Position numbers and translations under genes: made by a program | Shown here: positions 1 through 10,424 of the stretch, piece after piece | Numbering within the stretch: the first letter of the stretch is position 1 | Layout: every line of letters starts with the position of its first letter | Notes under the pieces: model-generated | The model's database searches: none | What the model was told of the DNA's origin: nothing | Seen by the model: the letters and a program-made list of their open reading frames with translations, nothing else | Assembly: GCA_937931785.1 (NCBI GenBank) | Contig: CALHAX010000069.1 | Span: 53,837-117,836 of the forward strand | Direction of reading: 5' to 3' | Length of the DNA: 64,000 nt | Origin: an uncultured Hyphomicrobiaceae bacterium | GTDB taxonomy: Bacteria; Pseudomonadota; Alphaproteobacteria; Rhizobiales; CALHAX01

Positions 1-509
1 ATGTTGAGTTCGATTGTTTGCAGACCTGTGTCCACTTCGCGGGTGACCATGGCCTTGTCGCCATTGATTTCCAGCTTCGACGCGAAGGTGCCCTGTGGCC
101 ACCCCAGCATTGCAGCAAGCATCTGGCCGGTCTGATTGCAGTCATCGTCGATCGCCTGTTTGCCGACGATCACGATGCCAGGCTGCTCGTCCTCAACGAT
201 TTTCTTGAGCATCTTGGCAACGGCCAGCGGTTCGACGAGGTCGTCCGTCTGCACCAGAATGCCGCGGTCTGCGCCCATGGCCAGCGCTGTGCGGATGGTT
301 TCCTGAGATTTTTCAGGCCCGACGGAAACCGCAATGATTTCCTCCGCCACACCGGCTTCCTTAAGGCGGATCGCCTGTTCGACCGAAATTTCATCGAACG
401 GATTCATGGACATTTTGACGTTGGCCAATTCAACGCCGGAGCCATCAGCTTTGACTCGGATTTTCACGTTGTAATCGACAACGCGTTTGACGGGCACGAG
501 GACTTTCAT
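1..509 (-). CDS. etfB: Electron transfer flavoprotein beta subunit (runs off window start)
   Basis: Not in the ORF track. Manual translation from ATG at 509 gives [41 protein letters not shown], the classic ETF-beta N-terminus. Confidence 0.95.
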   Translation of the reverse strand, partial: MKVLVPVKRVVDYNVKIRVKADGSGVELANVKMSMNPFDEISVEQAIRLKEAGVAEEIIAVSVGPEKSQETIRTALAMGADRGILVQTDDLVEPLAVAKMLKKIVEDEQPGIVIVGKQAIDDDCNQTGQMLAAMLGWPQGTFASKLEINGDKAMVTREVDTGLQTIELN

Positions 510-726
510 CGGGCGCACTTCTCCGCGAGCGTATAGGGTGAGCAATTCGTTTATCGAACCGGCGTCAGACGCCGACCATGCGTATTCCAACCGCAAGGTG
601 TTGGACCGCCTGCGATAGTGGCCGGACGGTAGTGACCACGTTTTGGGGTGTCAATCGCCGGGTGGCCATCTGATGACGAAAACCTAAAGTGCGTCGAGAC
701 GACGCAAGCAATTGGCACCAGCCGCG

Positions 727-1149
727 TCAGTCAACTGGTTCTCCGGGCCAACGCTCAGTACCAGCAGGTATGTTCACACCGTCAAGTTTTTTGTCTGTCC
801 AGATGTGAATGGCATCCTGGATGGAAATCGGCATGTCGAGCGTACCGCCTTTGACACTTACGTTTTGAGGTGCGGCACTCCGTCGATGCCAGAGCCTGGT
901 TCCGCATTTCGGGCAGAACACGCACTCAAGTTCTCCGCCGCTGTCCGTCTTGCGGGTGAAGGATTTCGGTTCACCAGACCGCAACAAAACCTCACTGGTT
1001 GGCACAATAACCGAAATCCCAAATGCCGAGCTCGACTGTCGCTGGCATTCGCGACAATGACAGACGTAGAGCGCAGTCGGCTCTGCCGGACAGTCGTACC
1101 GGATGAAACCGCACTGGCACCCGCCTGCCTGTTTCGCCGTTGTCATCAT
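727..1149 (-). CDS. GFA (CENP-V/Mss4-like) zinc-binding protein
   Basis: GGCQCG, CHCRECQR and FCPKCG motifs, and HIW near the C-terminus. Confidence 0.9.
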   Translation of the reverse strand: MMTTAKQAGGCQCGFIRYDCPAEPTALYVCHCRECQRQSSSAFGISVIVPTSEVLLRSGEPKSFTRKTDSGGELECVFCPKCGTRLWHRRSAAPQNVSVKGGTLDMPISIQDAIHIWTDKKLDGVNIPAGTERWPGEPVD

Positions 1150-1856
1150 GCTGACGTTTCAAGCCCGCGATCGAAGAGCGGCACGTCATTACGTTTCATG
1201 ACTATGATGAGCACTACACCGGCGAGCAGACCGCCAACATGTGCCCACCAGGCTACGGGGCCGCCCTGAGGGATCAACACCATGGCAAATTGCATCAAGA
1301 TCCACGCACCGAGTGCCCAAAACGCAGCGATCTGGAATGGAATCACGCGCATGACCAACACCCAGAGTTGCACTTTCGGATGCAGCATCAGGTAGGCGGC
1401 CACACATCCCGCAACCGCGCCGCTTGCCCCGATCAGGGGAACGGACGCTGATTCAGGCGACATGTACACATGCATCAGGCCGGCCAGAACACCGCACAGC
1501 AGATAGAAAATCAGGAACCGGGTGTGCCCCATAGCGTCTTCGATATTGTCGCCAAAAACCCATAAAAACAACATGTTACCCGCAAGATGAAAGATGTCTG
1601 CGTGCATGAACATATATGTGATGAGCGTCCCGCGTTCCGGCACCCCGAGGCCGTCAAACGGCTCGCCGTGGACCACGGGACCCCAAAGGCCTTCGGTCAA
1701 TAATTCGTTGGGCACCAGCGCCATGCCCACCGCCTGACTGCCCACGATCTGTTCGGCGAGAAAGTACACAGCGACATTCACTGCGATCAGCGCCACCGTC
1801 ACGAATTGATAGGGGATTGATGTAAGCGGGTTCTTGTCGCTGATCGGAACGAACAC
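1146..1856 (-). CDS. Rhomboid family intramembrane serine protease
   Basis: HLAGNM, GASG (catalytic Ser) and AHVGG (catalytic His); several TM segments. Confidence 0.93.
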   Translation of the reverse strand: MFVPISDKNPLTSIPYQFVTVALIAVNVAVYFLAEQIVGSQAVGMALVPNELLTEGLWGPVVHGEPFDGLGVPERGTLITYMFMHADIFHLAGNMLFLWVFGDNIEDAMGHTRFLIFYLLCGVLAGLMHVYMSPESASVPLIGASGAVAGCVAAYLMLHPKVQLWVLVMRVIPFQIAAFWALGAWILMQFAMVLIPQGGPVAWWAHVGGLLAGVVLIIVMKRNDVPLFDRGLETSA

Positions 1857-1931
1857 TTGGTGCAGCCTTCTACAGAATTGATCCGCGGACGGTAACTGGT
1901 TTGCTGGAGGCGGCCTAGTGCTGGATTGCCT

Positions 1932-2516
1932 CTACCGGTTTGCGCCGGGAACCCATAGCTCGTCACCGGCTCCCTTGTTGTTGACGTAGCGGCTTGCGAC
2001 AAAGAGGAAATCGGAAAGGCGGTTGATGTACTTGAGAGCGGCGGCGCTGACGGGTTCGCTATCGTCTGCCGCCAGTTCCACCATCAGACGTTCAGCCCGG
2101 CGTGACACGGTGCGCGCCACGTGCAGCTGTGCGGCCGCCATTGTGCCACCTGGCAGCACGAACGAGCGCAGCGGTTCCAGTTCGGCGTTCAGGGTATCGA
2201 TGTCGCCTTCGAGACGGTCTACCTGTGCATCCACAATTCTCAGTGGTTCGTACTCCAGTTTTTCTCCGTTGTCGGGCGTACAGAGATCGGCACCGAGATC
2301 GAAAAGGTCGTTCTGAATGCGGGCCAGCATCGGGCTGACCGTTCCCTCGCCTTCGGTGGCGAGCGTCAGGCGTGCGACACCGAGGCAGGCATTGGTTTCA
2401 TCCACCGTGCCGTAGGACGCAATGCGCAGATCGTGCTTCGGGCGGCGTTCGCCCGTGCCAAGGGCCGTCGTGCCTGCATCGCCCGTCTTCGTGTAGATCT
2501 TGTTCAGAACAACCAT
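1932..2516 (-). CDS. ATP:cob(I)alamin adenosyltransferase, PduO type
   Basis: KIYTKTGDAG, GTVDETN, RRAER and NRLSDFLF motifs. Confidence 0.95.
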   Translation of the reverse strand: MVVLNKIYTKTGDAGTTALGTGERRPKHDLRIASYGTVDETNACLGVARLTLATEGEGTVSPMLARIQNDLFDLGADLCTPDNGEKLEYEPLRIVDAQVDRLEGDIDTLNAELEPLRSFVLPGGTMAAAQLHVARTVSRRAERLMVELAADDSEPVSAAALKYINRLSDFLFVASRYVNNKGAGDELWVPGANR

Positions 2517-2525
2517 GATGTGCGC

Positions 2526-2705
2526 TTATCCCGCCTTGAAATAGAGGCCGAGCATCAGGATGCAGACCGCTGCAAACTGAAGTCCGACGCGCCAGCGCAT
2601 AAGCTGCTGGCTGCGACTTGTCGAACCGTCCTTGAGCATATTCCATAGCCCAAGCAACAGCACGATCACGACGGCAATAATAGCAATTGTTCCGAAGTAG
2701 GCCAT
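2526..2705 (-). CDS. Twin transmembrane helix small protein (HIG1-like), 59 aa
   Basis: Below the ORF-track cutoff. Translates to MAYFGTIAIIAVVIVLLLGLWNMLKDGSTSRSQQLMRWRVGLQFAAVCILMLGLYFKAG, with SQxLMRWRVxLQ motif, AGGAG RBS and the usual position upstream of the adenosyltransferase. Confidence 0.88.
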   Translation of the reverse strand: MAYFGTIAIIAVVIVLLLGLWNMLKDGSTSRSQQLMRWRVGLQFAAVCILMLGLYFKAG

Positions 2706-2762
2706 GTCTGCTCCTGTCGGAGATGCTGCAAAATTTCGTGCGAATGTCGTAGATACGTTCTG

Positions 2763-3599
2763 TCAGGCCCCGGCGATCATACGGTTGGCAAGTCGCGGTG
2801 GCAGGAACCGAAGGCCCCATGCTGCGAAGTGCGTCGGCCATGTGACTTTATATGTGAGTTTCGGGCGCGGACTTTCAACCGCGTGGATCAGTTTTTTGAG
2901 AACGGCGTCCGGACCGAGCTTGAATGTCGTCTTGCCACCGGACTTCATGCCCTCAAGCCTGACACGATATTTTTCCGCATGCGGCGAGGCGTCCATATCT
3001 ACGTTCGTCACCAGCGCATTCAGTGCGTGCTCGACGAACCGGCTTTCAATGGGACCAGGTTGAATTGATGACACCAGAATGCCGGAACCTTCCAGTTCAA
3101 AGCGCATGGAACAGGTGAGCGCTTCCAATGCATGCTTGGATGCATTGTAGGCTCCCCGCCAGGGTGGCGAGATGAACCCAAGCACCGAGGAACATTGAAC
3201 AATCCGTCCACAGCCATTGGCGCGCATTGCCGGGATGATCCGGTTGGTCAGATCGTGCCAGGCGAACACATTGGTTTCGAACTGGGTGCGCAGGGCGTCG
3301 AGCGTCAGGTCTTCCACGGCGCCGGGCTGGCCGTATGCGGCGTTGTTAAAGAGCGCGTATAGCTTGCCATTGGTTCGGGCGAGCACCGTTTCCGCGCAGG
3401 CTGCTATCGACTGCGGATCGAGCAATTCAAGACGCAGGGCTTCCAATCCCTCCGCCTCAAGCATGGCGAGATCGGCGTCTGAGCGGGCGGTCGCGAAAAC
3501 CCGCCAGCCCCGATCACGCAAACCACGTGCGCAGGCCAAGCCAATTCCAGACGAGCAGCCGGTGATCAGGATCGATTTATCAGTATCTGTTGCGGTCAT
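2763..3599 (-). CDS. SDR family NAD(P)-dependent oxidoreductase
   Basis: TGCSSGIG, NNAA and YNASK motifs; start trimmed to MTATDTDK. Confidence 0.92.
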   Translation of the reverse strand: MTATDTDKSILITGCSSGIGLACARGLRDRGWRVFATARSDADLAMLEAEGLEALRLELLDPQSIAACAETVLARTNGKLYALFNNAAYGQPGAVEDLTLDALRTQFETNVFAWHDLTNRIIPAMRANGCGRIVQCSSVLGFISPPWRGAYNASKHALEALTCSMRFELEGSGILVSSIQPGPIESRFVEHALNALVTNVDMDASPHAEKYRVRLEGMKSGGKTTFKLGPDAVLKKLIHAVESPRPKLTYKVTWPTHFAAWGLRFLPPRLANRMIAGA

Positions 3600-3675
3600 G
3601 GCGGACCGTGTACCGTGTGTGATGGCGGGGTGGAAGGCTCCGTTTCGACACACCACAGTTTTAACGGATCATTCG

Positions 3676-4845
3676 ATGGACAATTCACACCTGCCGCCTG
3701 ACGCCTCAGCGGAAACCTTCGCTGCCCAAGGCGGTGGGGGCCATGATCCGGAGACAGGCGCTGTCCTGCCAGCCGTGCAGTTCGCCACCACCTATCTGCG
3801 CGATCCGGATAACGCGTATTCGTCCGGCTACAGCTATCGGCGCGATGACAATCCGAACGTGCGACAAGCCGAGGCCGTGTTGCGGCGACTGGAAGGGACC
3901 GACGGTCCTGCGCTGCTTTATTCCTCCGGTATGTCGGCCGCTATAAGCCTTTTTCTGGCTTTGCCACTGCCCGCGCGCATCCTGGCACCAGAGGTGATGT
4001 ACTGGGGTTTGCGGCAATGGCTGAAGCTTGACGGCCCCCGCCACGGGATTACGACAACGTTCGTCGATTTTGCCGATCCGGATGCGGTTGCTGCAGCGTT
4101 GACGCAGGATCGACCGAACCTGGTGTGGATCGAGACACCCGGCAACCCAATGTGGAATATCACGGACATACGCTCCGTTGCAGCTCAGGCTCATGCGGCA
4201 GGTGCCTTGCTGGCTTGCGACTCAACCGTGGCGACACCGGTTCACACGCGACCGCTCGTGCTCGGTGCGGATGTTGTCATGCATTCGGTGTCGAAATACC
4301 TGAATGGACATTCCGATGTGATTGCCGGCGCGCTGGTGTTTGCCGAGGATGGTCCGCTTGCGCAGGAGGCCGCACGCAATCGTCGCGCCATGGGGCCAAA
4401 CCTGTCGCCCATGGAAGCCATGTTGCTGCTGCGTGGGATGCGAACGTTGCATCTGCGGGTGCGCCATCAGTCTGCGGCAGCTCTCATCGTAGCGCAGCAT
4501 TTCGAGGGGCATGCACGTGTCGAGGAGGTTTTATATCCGGGGCTTCCCGGTCGCGCTGGCCACAACGTCGCGGCAAGTCAGATGACCGGAGGCTTCGGTG
4601 GCATGCTGTCCATCCGCGTCAAAGGTGGTGCTGCAGCGGCCATTTCGGTGGCGGCGCATACCAAGGTCTGGACCCGCGCCACATCGCTCGGCGGTGTCGA
4701 AAGCCTGTTGGAACACCGCGCCAGCATTGAAGGCGAGGGCACCCCCGTACCGGATGACTTGTTACGATTGAGCGTTGGCCTTGAAGATGTCGATGATCTG
4801 ATTGCCGACCTCGAACAAGCGCTGGATGCGTTCGCGCATGTTTGA
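3676..4845 (+). CDS. PLP-dependent trans-sulfuration enzyme (cystathionine gamma-synthase/lyase family)
   Basis: SSGMSA, ETPGNP, HSVSKYLNGHSD, SLGGVESL and RLSVGLE motifs. The ORF-track start overlaps the SDR gene, so I trimmed it to MDNSHL. Confidence 0.92.
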   Translation: MDNSHLPPDASAETFAAQGGGGHDPETGAVLPAVQFATTYLRDPDNAYSSGYSYRRDDNPNVRQAEAVLRRLEGTDGPALLYSSGMSAAISLFLALPLPARILAPEVMYWGLRQWLKLDGPRHGITTTFVDFADPDAVAAALTQDRPNLVWIETPGNPMWNITDIRSVAAQAHAAGALLACDSTVATPVHTRPLVLGADVVMHSVSKYLNGHSDVIAGALVFAEDGPLAQEAARNRRAMGPNLSPMEAMLLLRGMRTLHLRVRHQSAAALIVAQHFEGHARVEEVLYPGLPGRAGHNVAASQMTGGFGGMLSIRVKGGAAAAISVAAHTKVWTRATSLGGVESLLEHRASIEGEGTPVPDDLLRLSVGLEDVDDLIADLEQALDAFAHV

Positions 4846-5647
4846 CGGAGCGGTGGGGGTCGCTGGATGTGGCCGCATGGGATTGCCGATGGCACGAGCT
4901 CTGCACGCTGCGGGAATTGAGGTCTTTGGATTCGACATTCGCCCGCCCAATGCGTTTGGTGATTTTTCCTCTCGTATGTTGTCCGACCCCGATGCATTTG
5001 CAAAAACGTGCAGCGTCCTCCTGACTGTGGTGCGAGACACCACACAGACGGATGATGTGCTGTTTAACGCACAAGCCATGTTCGCCCGCGATTATTCCAT
5101 CAAAACGCTGGTGGTCTGCTCGACGTTATCACCGCGCTACGTGACGGCACTTCGGACGCGTGTTCCAGCAGAAATCACGTTGGTGGATGCCCCCATGTCG
5201 GGAGCTGCAATCGCCGCCGAAGAGGCTCGCCTCTCGTTCATGCTTGGAGGCGACGACGGCGTGCTCGACCGATTGCAACCACTGTTCGATGCCATGGGAA
5301 CCAAATTCCATCGTATGGGTGGTTTCGGCGCAGGCATGACGGCCAAGGTGCTGAATAACTTTGTTGCGGCATCATCAACCGTTGCCGTGCGCCAGTCACT
5401 CGCCTGGGCGCAAGAGCTGGGGGTAGACCGCGAACGGTTGCTGGCCCTGATGCACGACAGTTCAGGGCAAACATGGTTTGGGTCACATTTCGACGCAATC
5501 GAATTTGCCCGCGACGGCTACGCGCCGGGTAATACTATTGGCATTCTGGAAAAGGACGTGGAAAGTGCACTGGATGCCGTGCAAACCGTTGGCCCATTGC
5601 CTGAGGCCGTGATCGCTGCGTTGCGTGAACTGGAGGACGAGACCTGA
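4838..5647 (+). CDS. 3-hydroxyisobutyrate dehydrogenase-family NAD(P)-dependent oxidoreductase
   Basis: GCGRMG, DAPMSG and KVLNN motifs; overlaps the upstream stop codon. Confidence 0.88.
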   Translation: MFDGAVGVAGCGRMGLPMARALHAAGIEVFGFDIRPPNAFGDFSSRMLSDPDAFAKTCSVLLTVVRDTTQTDDVLFNAQAMFARDYSIKTLVVCSTLSPRYVTALRTRVPAEITLVDAPMSGAAIAAEEARLSFMLGGDDGVLDRLQPLFDAMGTKFHRMGGFGAGMTAKVLNNFVAASSTVAVRQSLAWAQELGVDRERLLALMHDSSGQTWFGSHFDAIEFARDGYAPGNTIGILEKDVESALDAVQTVGPLPEAVIAALRELEDET

Positions 5648-5648
5648 G

Positions 5649-6023
5649 ATGACAGACCACAAGACCGAGAATTTCTTCCGCCTTGATGATTTGGCACAAG
5701 GCATCGCACGCACTTTGTGTGAAGGTGTTACCACGCGGGTTTTTCCGGGCGATCAGGCGATGGTGTCGGTCGTGCGGTTTGAACCCAATGCGGAAGGCAC
5801 CCTGCATGACCATCCGGAGGAGCAGTGGGGTGTTCTGCTGGAGGGATCCGGCATCCGCATTCAGGGTGATGAGGAAATTCCGATTGGCAAAGGGGACTTC
5901 TGGCGCACTCCCGGCGGCGTGCCACATACCATGCGATCCGGACCTGACGGGCTTGTCGTTCTGGATGTTTTTGCTCCACCACGGGACGCGTACAAGAAGG
6001 CGGGTTCGGGGTTTGGCGGGTGA
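5649..6023 (+). CDS. Cupin domain protein
   Basis: HDHPEEQ ... PGGVPH cupin motifs, DVFAPPR. Confidence 0.88.
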   Translation: MTDHKTENFFRLDDLAQGIARTLCEGVTTRVFPGDQAMVSVVRFEPNAEGTLHDHPEEQWGVLLEGSGIRIQGDEEIPIGKGDFWRTPGGVPHTMRSGPDGLVVLDVFAPPRDAYKKAGSGFGG

Positions 6024-6143
6024 GAGATATCTTTGCCCGAAACCTTCCGTTTTTGACGTCGTATACACTGCTTGAGGATTGCACTGAGTGGTCCGATCAA
6101 TGAGCGACGCCTATCAAAACATATTTGAGGCCGCTCTTCGCCG

Positions 6144-7082
6144 ATGACCGAAGTTCTCAATACTGTTGCACCGGTCTTCGGACTGATTGCGCTTGGCTGG
6201 CTTGCAGCACGGTTCGGGCTACTGCACGAAGCTGCAGACAAGGGCCTTGCCAGTTTCGTGTTCACCATCGCGATGCCGGCCTTGCTGTTTCGAACCATGG
6301 CGACAATCACGCTCCCTGAAGGATCGTCGCTGCTCTTGCTGGCCGCGTTCATGGGCTCCGCCGCGGTGACGTGGGTTCTTGCGACGGTCATGACGCGCGT
6401 GCCACTTGGTCGTCCGTTAGCTGACAGCGCCTCTATTGGCATGGGAGCGACGTTCGGCAACACCGTCATGATGGGCATTCCTCTGTCGGTGGGCCATTTT
6501 GGAGATCAGGCGATTGCTCCGCTTGCCGTGGTTGTGGCCGTGCATGCGCCGGCGATGTGGTTGGTTGCGACGCTGCAGAATGAAGCAATCAACCAGGATG
6601 GGACGCGTACACCCTTCGTGATTGTTCGCGATCTGATCAGCGATCTGGTGCGCAACCCGATTCTGATTGGGATCGTTCTGGGAAGTGTCTGGCGCACGAC
6701 GGGACTGGAAATCCCCGCCATTCCAGACAAGATTATCTCCTATCTTGCAGCGGCCGGAATCCCGGGCGCTCTTTTCGCGTTAGGGTTGTCTCTCGCGAAA
6801 TATGCAATCCGCGGACAAAGCGGCACTCTGGCCGTCATGAGCTTGCTTAAACTGATCGTCATGCCCGCTGTTGCCTGGGTTCTTGCTGATCAGATCTTCG
6901 AGCTGCCGCCCCTGTGGACCGGGGTTGCCGTCATACTGGCAGCCTGCCCAACGGGGGCAAATGCGTTCCTGTTTGCCAGCCAGTACGAGCGTGCCGTCGC
7001 GTCCGTCTCCGGGTCCGTGGCGCTGGGAACGGTGCTGTCTGTGGTCACGATAACGGCACTGCTTGCGGTGCTGCCACGCTAG
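6144..7082 (+). CDS. AEC (auxin efflux carrier) family transporter
   Basis: About 10 TM helices; PALLF, FGNTxxMGIP, NPIL and CPTGAN motifs. Confidence 0.9.
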   Translation: MTEVLNTVAPVFGLIALGWLAARFGLLHEAADKGLASFVFTIAMPALLFRTMATITLPEGSSLLLLAAFMGSAAVTWVLATVMTRVPLGRPLADSASIGMGATFGNTVMMGIPLSVGHFGDQAIAPLAVVVAVHAPAMWLVATLQNEAINQDGTRTPFVIVRDLISDLVRNPILIGIVLGSVWRTTGLEIPAIPDKIISYLAAAGIPGALFALGLSLAKYAIRGQSGTLAVMSLLKLIVMPAVAWVLADQIFELPPLWTGVAVILAACPTGANAFLFASQYERAVASVSGSVALGTVLSVVTITALLAVLPR

Positions 7083-7256
7083 CATTCATCGTGCCTGCAT
7101 GTTCTCTTGGACACGGCGCACCTGTCGTCTTAGTTCGTAGATAGAGTTTGATACCCGGTCTGCATACCCATCACTGAACGCTCGCGAGCACGTCGGTGGT
7201 CCCGACTCTTGCTGAAACCGCTCCACATTCCGCCGCCCCGAACCTGAAAGCGCGTC

Positions 7257-8327
7257 ATGTCCAAAAAATCGTTTGCAGCGGAAGCCAAGGCACCCAAAAA
7301 GGGCAAAGCGGACAAATCCGCCCCGAAGCAGGGGGCCAAAGTCAAGCAGCCACCAATGCTGTTCGACCAAACGCAGAAGCTGCTCAAGAAGATTGAAGCC
7401 ACATGCGGGCGAAGGGTTTTGTCCTACTGGACATCGCACCGCGGGCGGGTGTGTGACGCCGACGTGTTGGCGCTTCACAAGCTGCTGCGACGGGTCGGTC
7501 GGCTGGACGAGGCCACGCTCTTCCTGAAGTCCGATGGTGGCGATCCGGAAGCCGCGCTGCGGATCGTGCATCTGATCCGGGAATACGTCGGATCGCTCAA
7601 CGCGCTGGTGCCGCTTGAATGTGCGTCGGCTGCGACGATTGTTGCGCTTGGAGCGGACGAAATTCATATGGGACCGCTGGCGCATCTTTCAGCGATTGAT
7701 TCCTCATTGCGACATGACCTTTCGCCGATCGACGAGATCGACAATTCGCGGGTCAGCGTGAGCCAAGATGAGTTGTCACGGATTGTACGGCTTTGGAATG
7801 CAGAATCCAAAGACCATCATGCCAATCCGTACACCGATATGTTCAAGCATATTCATCCACTTGTGGTTGGTGCGATAGACCGGTCATCCTCGCTTTCGAT
7901 GAAGATTTGCCGCGAGGTGCTCGGATACCATATCGATGACGATGAAAAATGTGAGTCGATCAGCGCCAACCTCAACTCGAATTATCCGTCCCATACGTAC
8001 CCGATCACGTCACGTGAGGCAGGACGACTTGGCTTGCCGGTCTCCGAACTCAGCAGCGAATTGAACGAGATGCTTCTGGAGTTGAACGAGCTCTACTCCG
8101 AGATGGCACAGAAAGCGTTGACCGATTTCGACGCACAGAATTATCACGACAACGAAATTCTCAACATCATCGAAGCGGACGGCATGCAGGTGTTTTACCA
8201 GAACGACAAGGACTGGAACTACATCAAGGAAGAACGCCGCTGGCAGCCATTGAACGACGAGAGTTCGTGGCGGATCATCGAGATTGTGGACGGCAAGAAG
8301 CGGAAGTCCAACTTCCATATCCGATAG
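7257..8327 (+). CDS. SDH-type ClpP/crotonase-fold serine protease
   Basis: SDGG, SAATIVALGADEIHMG..LSAID and YPSHTYPI (Ser/Asp/His). Confidence 0.75.
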   Translation: MSKKSFAAEAKAPKKGKADKSAPKQGAKVKQPPMLFDQTQKLLKKIEATCGRRVLSYWTSHRGRVCDADVLALHKLLRRVGRLDEATLFLKSDGGDPEAALRIVHLIREYVGSLNALVPLECASAATIVALGADEIHMGPLAHLSAIDSSLRHDLSPIDEIDNSRVSVSQDELSRIVRLWNAESKDHHANPYTDMFKHIHPLVVGAIDRSSSLSMKICREVLGYHIDDDEKCESISANLNSNYPSHTYPITSREAGRLGLPVSELSSELNEMLLELNELYSEMAQKALTDFDAQNYHDNEILNIIEADGMQVFYQNDKDWNYIKEERRWQPLNDESSWRIIEIVDGKKRKSNFHIR

Positions 8328-8351
8328 GCTGAAAGTCCAGACCGCCAGGCC

Positions 8352-8738
8352 TCACGGCATGTACTGCGCAATCTCACTCCGGATTCTCGCCAGTTCATAG
8401 TCGATGCGGTCGAGACTGGTTTCGAGATCCTCAGTCGTGGCAATCGCGTTTTCCGCGTAGCTCAACGATTCCGCCGCACAAGGCTGGAGATATTCAGCCA
8501 TCATGAGAGTGGTCAGTCGGGCGGGCTCTGCAAGAGGCTGCACTGTGGGACGGGCAGCTTGCTCCGATATTCTCTCTGCAATGCGAATACGCCGCCGCTG
8601 CATGTCCGCATCAGTGCGGCCAAGCACGAATTTTGTAGCGAATACAACCGGGCGCACGATATCAAACGACAGAAATCGCAACACACCCGCGAGCGAGGAC
8701 GCTCGTTCCCTCGAGTTGTATTGATCAATCGTTACCAC
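8352..8738 (-). CDS. Hypothetical protein with C-terminal coiled coil
   Basis: Fills the gap between convergent genes; GTG start after GAAGGGG; no family recognised. Confidence 0.5.
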   Translation of the reverse strand: MVTIDQYNSRERASSLAGVLRFLSFDIVRPVVFATKFVLGRTDADMQRRRIRIAERISEQAARPTVQPLAEPARLTTLMMAEYLQPCAAESLSYAENAIATTEDLETSLDRIDYELARIRSEIAQYMP

Positions 8739-8821
8739 GCATTCGCCCCTTCAGTCTGCACTTATTATTCTCCATTTATTTGTGCAGGGCGAATCGTCAA
8801 CAATATGTTGATTAAGGGCTT

Positions 8822-9715
8822 TTAAATCACTATTTTCTCCATTCCAATTGCAGAATACACGTCAGCGATAGACCAACCAGCTTCCCGCAAATGGCGCAAA
8901 CTCGTATCACGCAGGCTTTTCGACAGTTTTCGCCCTGCACTATCCGTGACCAGATCGTGGTGATGGTAAACAGGAGATGAATATCCCAGGACCTGCTGCA
9001 ATAGAACATGCAGGCTTGTGGCTGCCTCCAAATCCCTTCCTCGCGTCACGTGAGTTATGCCTTGCAGTGCGTCATCAACCACCACAGAGAGATGATAGCT
9101 CGTTGGCGTGTCTTTCCGCACAATGACGGTGTCACCCCATGCGCTGGCGTTGACCTCTCGTTCCGTGAGTTTTCCGGCTTCGTCGAACGTTGCAACGATC
9201 AAGGCCGTTCGATCTCCAACCTGGTCAATCGCCCGGTTCATGTCGAGACGCAGCGCCGTGCCAGACCCGGGCTCCCCGTTCGCGACACTGTCATCTATTG
9301 TGTCGCGTGCGGCGATATGGTTCCGACCGGGATATAAAGGGGCTCCGTCCGGATCCATTGGCCAATCGATGTGATCTGCGACGATTGCTGCGATCTGTTT
9401 ACGTGTGGCGCTGCAGGAATAAAGCAAACCAGCGGACTGCAGGCGCGCCGTTGCGGCGCGGTAGTCATCGAAATGCTCCGACTGACGGCGCACTGGTTCC
9501 GGCCATGACAGGCCGAGCCATGCGAGATCTTCGTAAATGCCGTCAACATAGCGTTCGCGCGTACGCCCCGTATCAATGTCCTCGATCCGCAGCAGAACCT
9601 CGCCACCGACCCGCGCGGCAAGCTGCCAGGTTTTCAACGCCGAGAAGGCGTGCCCAAGATGAAGCTCGCCGTTGGGGCTGGGGGCGAAGCGGAAACGTGG
9701 TGGGTTGCTGGTCAT
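8822..9715 (-). CDS. gluQ: tRNA glutamyl-Q(34) synthetase GluQRS
   Basis: RFAPSPNGELHLGH, LRIEDID, RGRDL and KLSKS motifs; no anticodon-binding domain; start trimmed to MTSNPP. Confidence 0.93.
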   Translation of the reverse strand: MTSNPPRFRFAPSPNGELHLGHAFSALKTWQLAARVGGEVLLRIEDIDTGRTRERYVDGIYEDLAWLGLSWPEPVRRQSEHFDDYRAATARLQSAGLLYSCSATRKQIAAIVADHIDWPMDPDGAPLYPGRNHIAARDTIDDSVANGEPGSGTALRLDMNRAIDQVGDRTALIVATFDEAGKLTEREVNASAWGDTVIVRKDTPTSYHLSVVVDDALQGITHVTRGRDLEAATSLHVLLQQVLGYSSPVYHHHDLVTDSAGRKLSKSLRDTSLRHLREAGWSIADVYSAIGMEKIVI

Positions 9716-9767
9716 GCGTGTTGAATAGCGCTTGGCGGGGACTGCTGTCATCTGGCACGTTGGTGCG

Positions 9768-10424
9768 ATGAAAGCACAGCACACCATCATCACGACGGAT
9801 GCGGATGTCACACGTGGCGTCCGCGCCCTGCGAAAACGATGCGCATTCATGAAGGCGGCGCACGACCTCACCGGGCCGCCACCCTTGCGGCGCGCCGAAG
9901 GTGGGATGCCTGGGCTTCTGCGTATCGTGATCGGGCAACAGGTTTCCGTGGCCTCGGCCACTGCGATTTGGGGTCGCTTTCAGAACGTGGTGAAACCTCT
10001 GGAAGCGGACAGTATACTACGCCGTCGTGAAACGACATTCCGCAAGGCGGGATTGTCGGGACCAAAAATCAGAACCGTGCGTGCCGTCGCGCAAGCTGTT
10101 ACCAACGGGGAACTGGATTTCGACGCCTTCGAGCAGATGGACGCCGATGCCGTGCATGATGCGCTTGTCGCTGTTCATGGCATCGGGCCGTGGACCGCCG
10201 ACGTCTACACGATGTTCTGCCTTGGACATGCAGACGGCTGGGCCTCCGGCGATCTTGCACTACAAATCGCTGCGGAAAAACTGATGGAACTGGAAGCACG
10301 ACCGTCCGTTTCTGAACTCACTGAGATTGCCGAGCGCTGGCGACCGTGGCGCAGCGTAGCGGCGCGGCTGCTCTGGGCGTACTACGCACACCTGCGCAAT
10401 GTGAAAGATGCGGTGCCGGTGTGA
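9768..10424 (+). CDS. alkA: DNA-3-methyladenine glycosylase II (HhH-GPD, AlkA family)
   Basis: IGQQVS, GIGPWTA, GDLAL and WRPWRSVAARLLW motifs. Confidence 0.9.
   Translation: MKAQHTIITTDADVTRGVRALRKRCAFMKAAHDLTGPPPLRRAEGGMPGLLRIVIGQQVSVASATAIWGRFQNVVKPLEADSILRRRETTFRKAGLSGPKIRTVRAVAQAVTNGELDFDAFEQMDADAVHDALVAVHGIGPWTADVYTMFCLGHADGWASGDLALQIAAEKLMELEARPSVSELTEIAERWRPWRSVAARLLWAYYAHLRNVKDAVPV

Noticed and set aside
3217..3675. Long N-terminal extension on the trans-sulfuration enzyme (and similar extensions on gluQ, rpmB, the PfkB kinase and the B12 protein)
   Set aside because: These are ORF-caller artefacts that mostly overlap neighbouring genes; family homology starts at the downstream ATG.
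8812..8825. TTAA pair as a CtrA box
   Set aside because: The spacer is 6 nt, not 7, and the second TTAA overlaps the gluQ stop codon.
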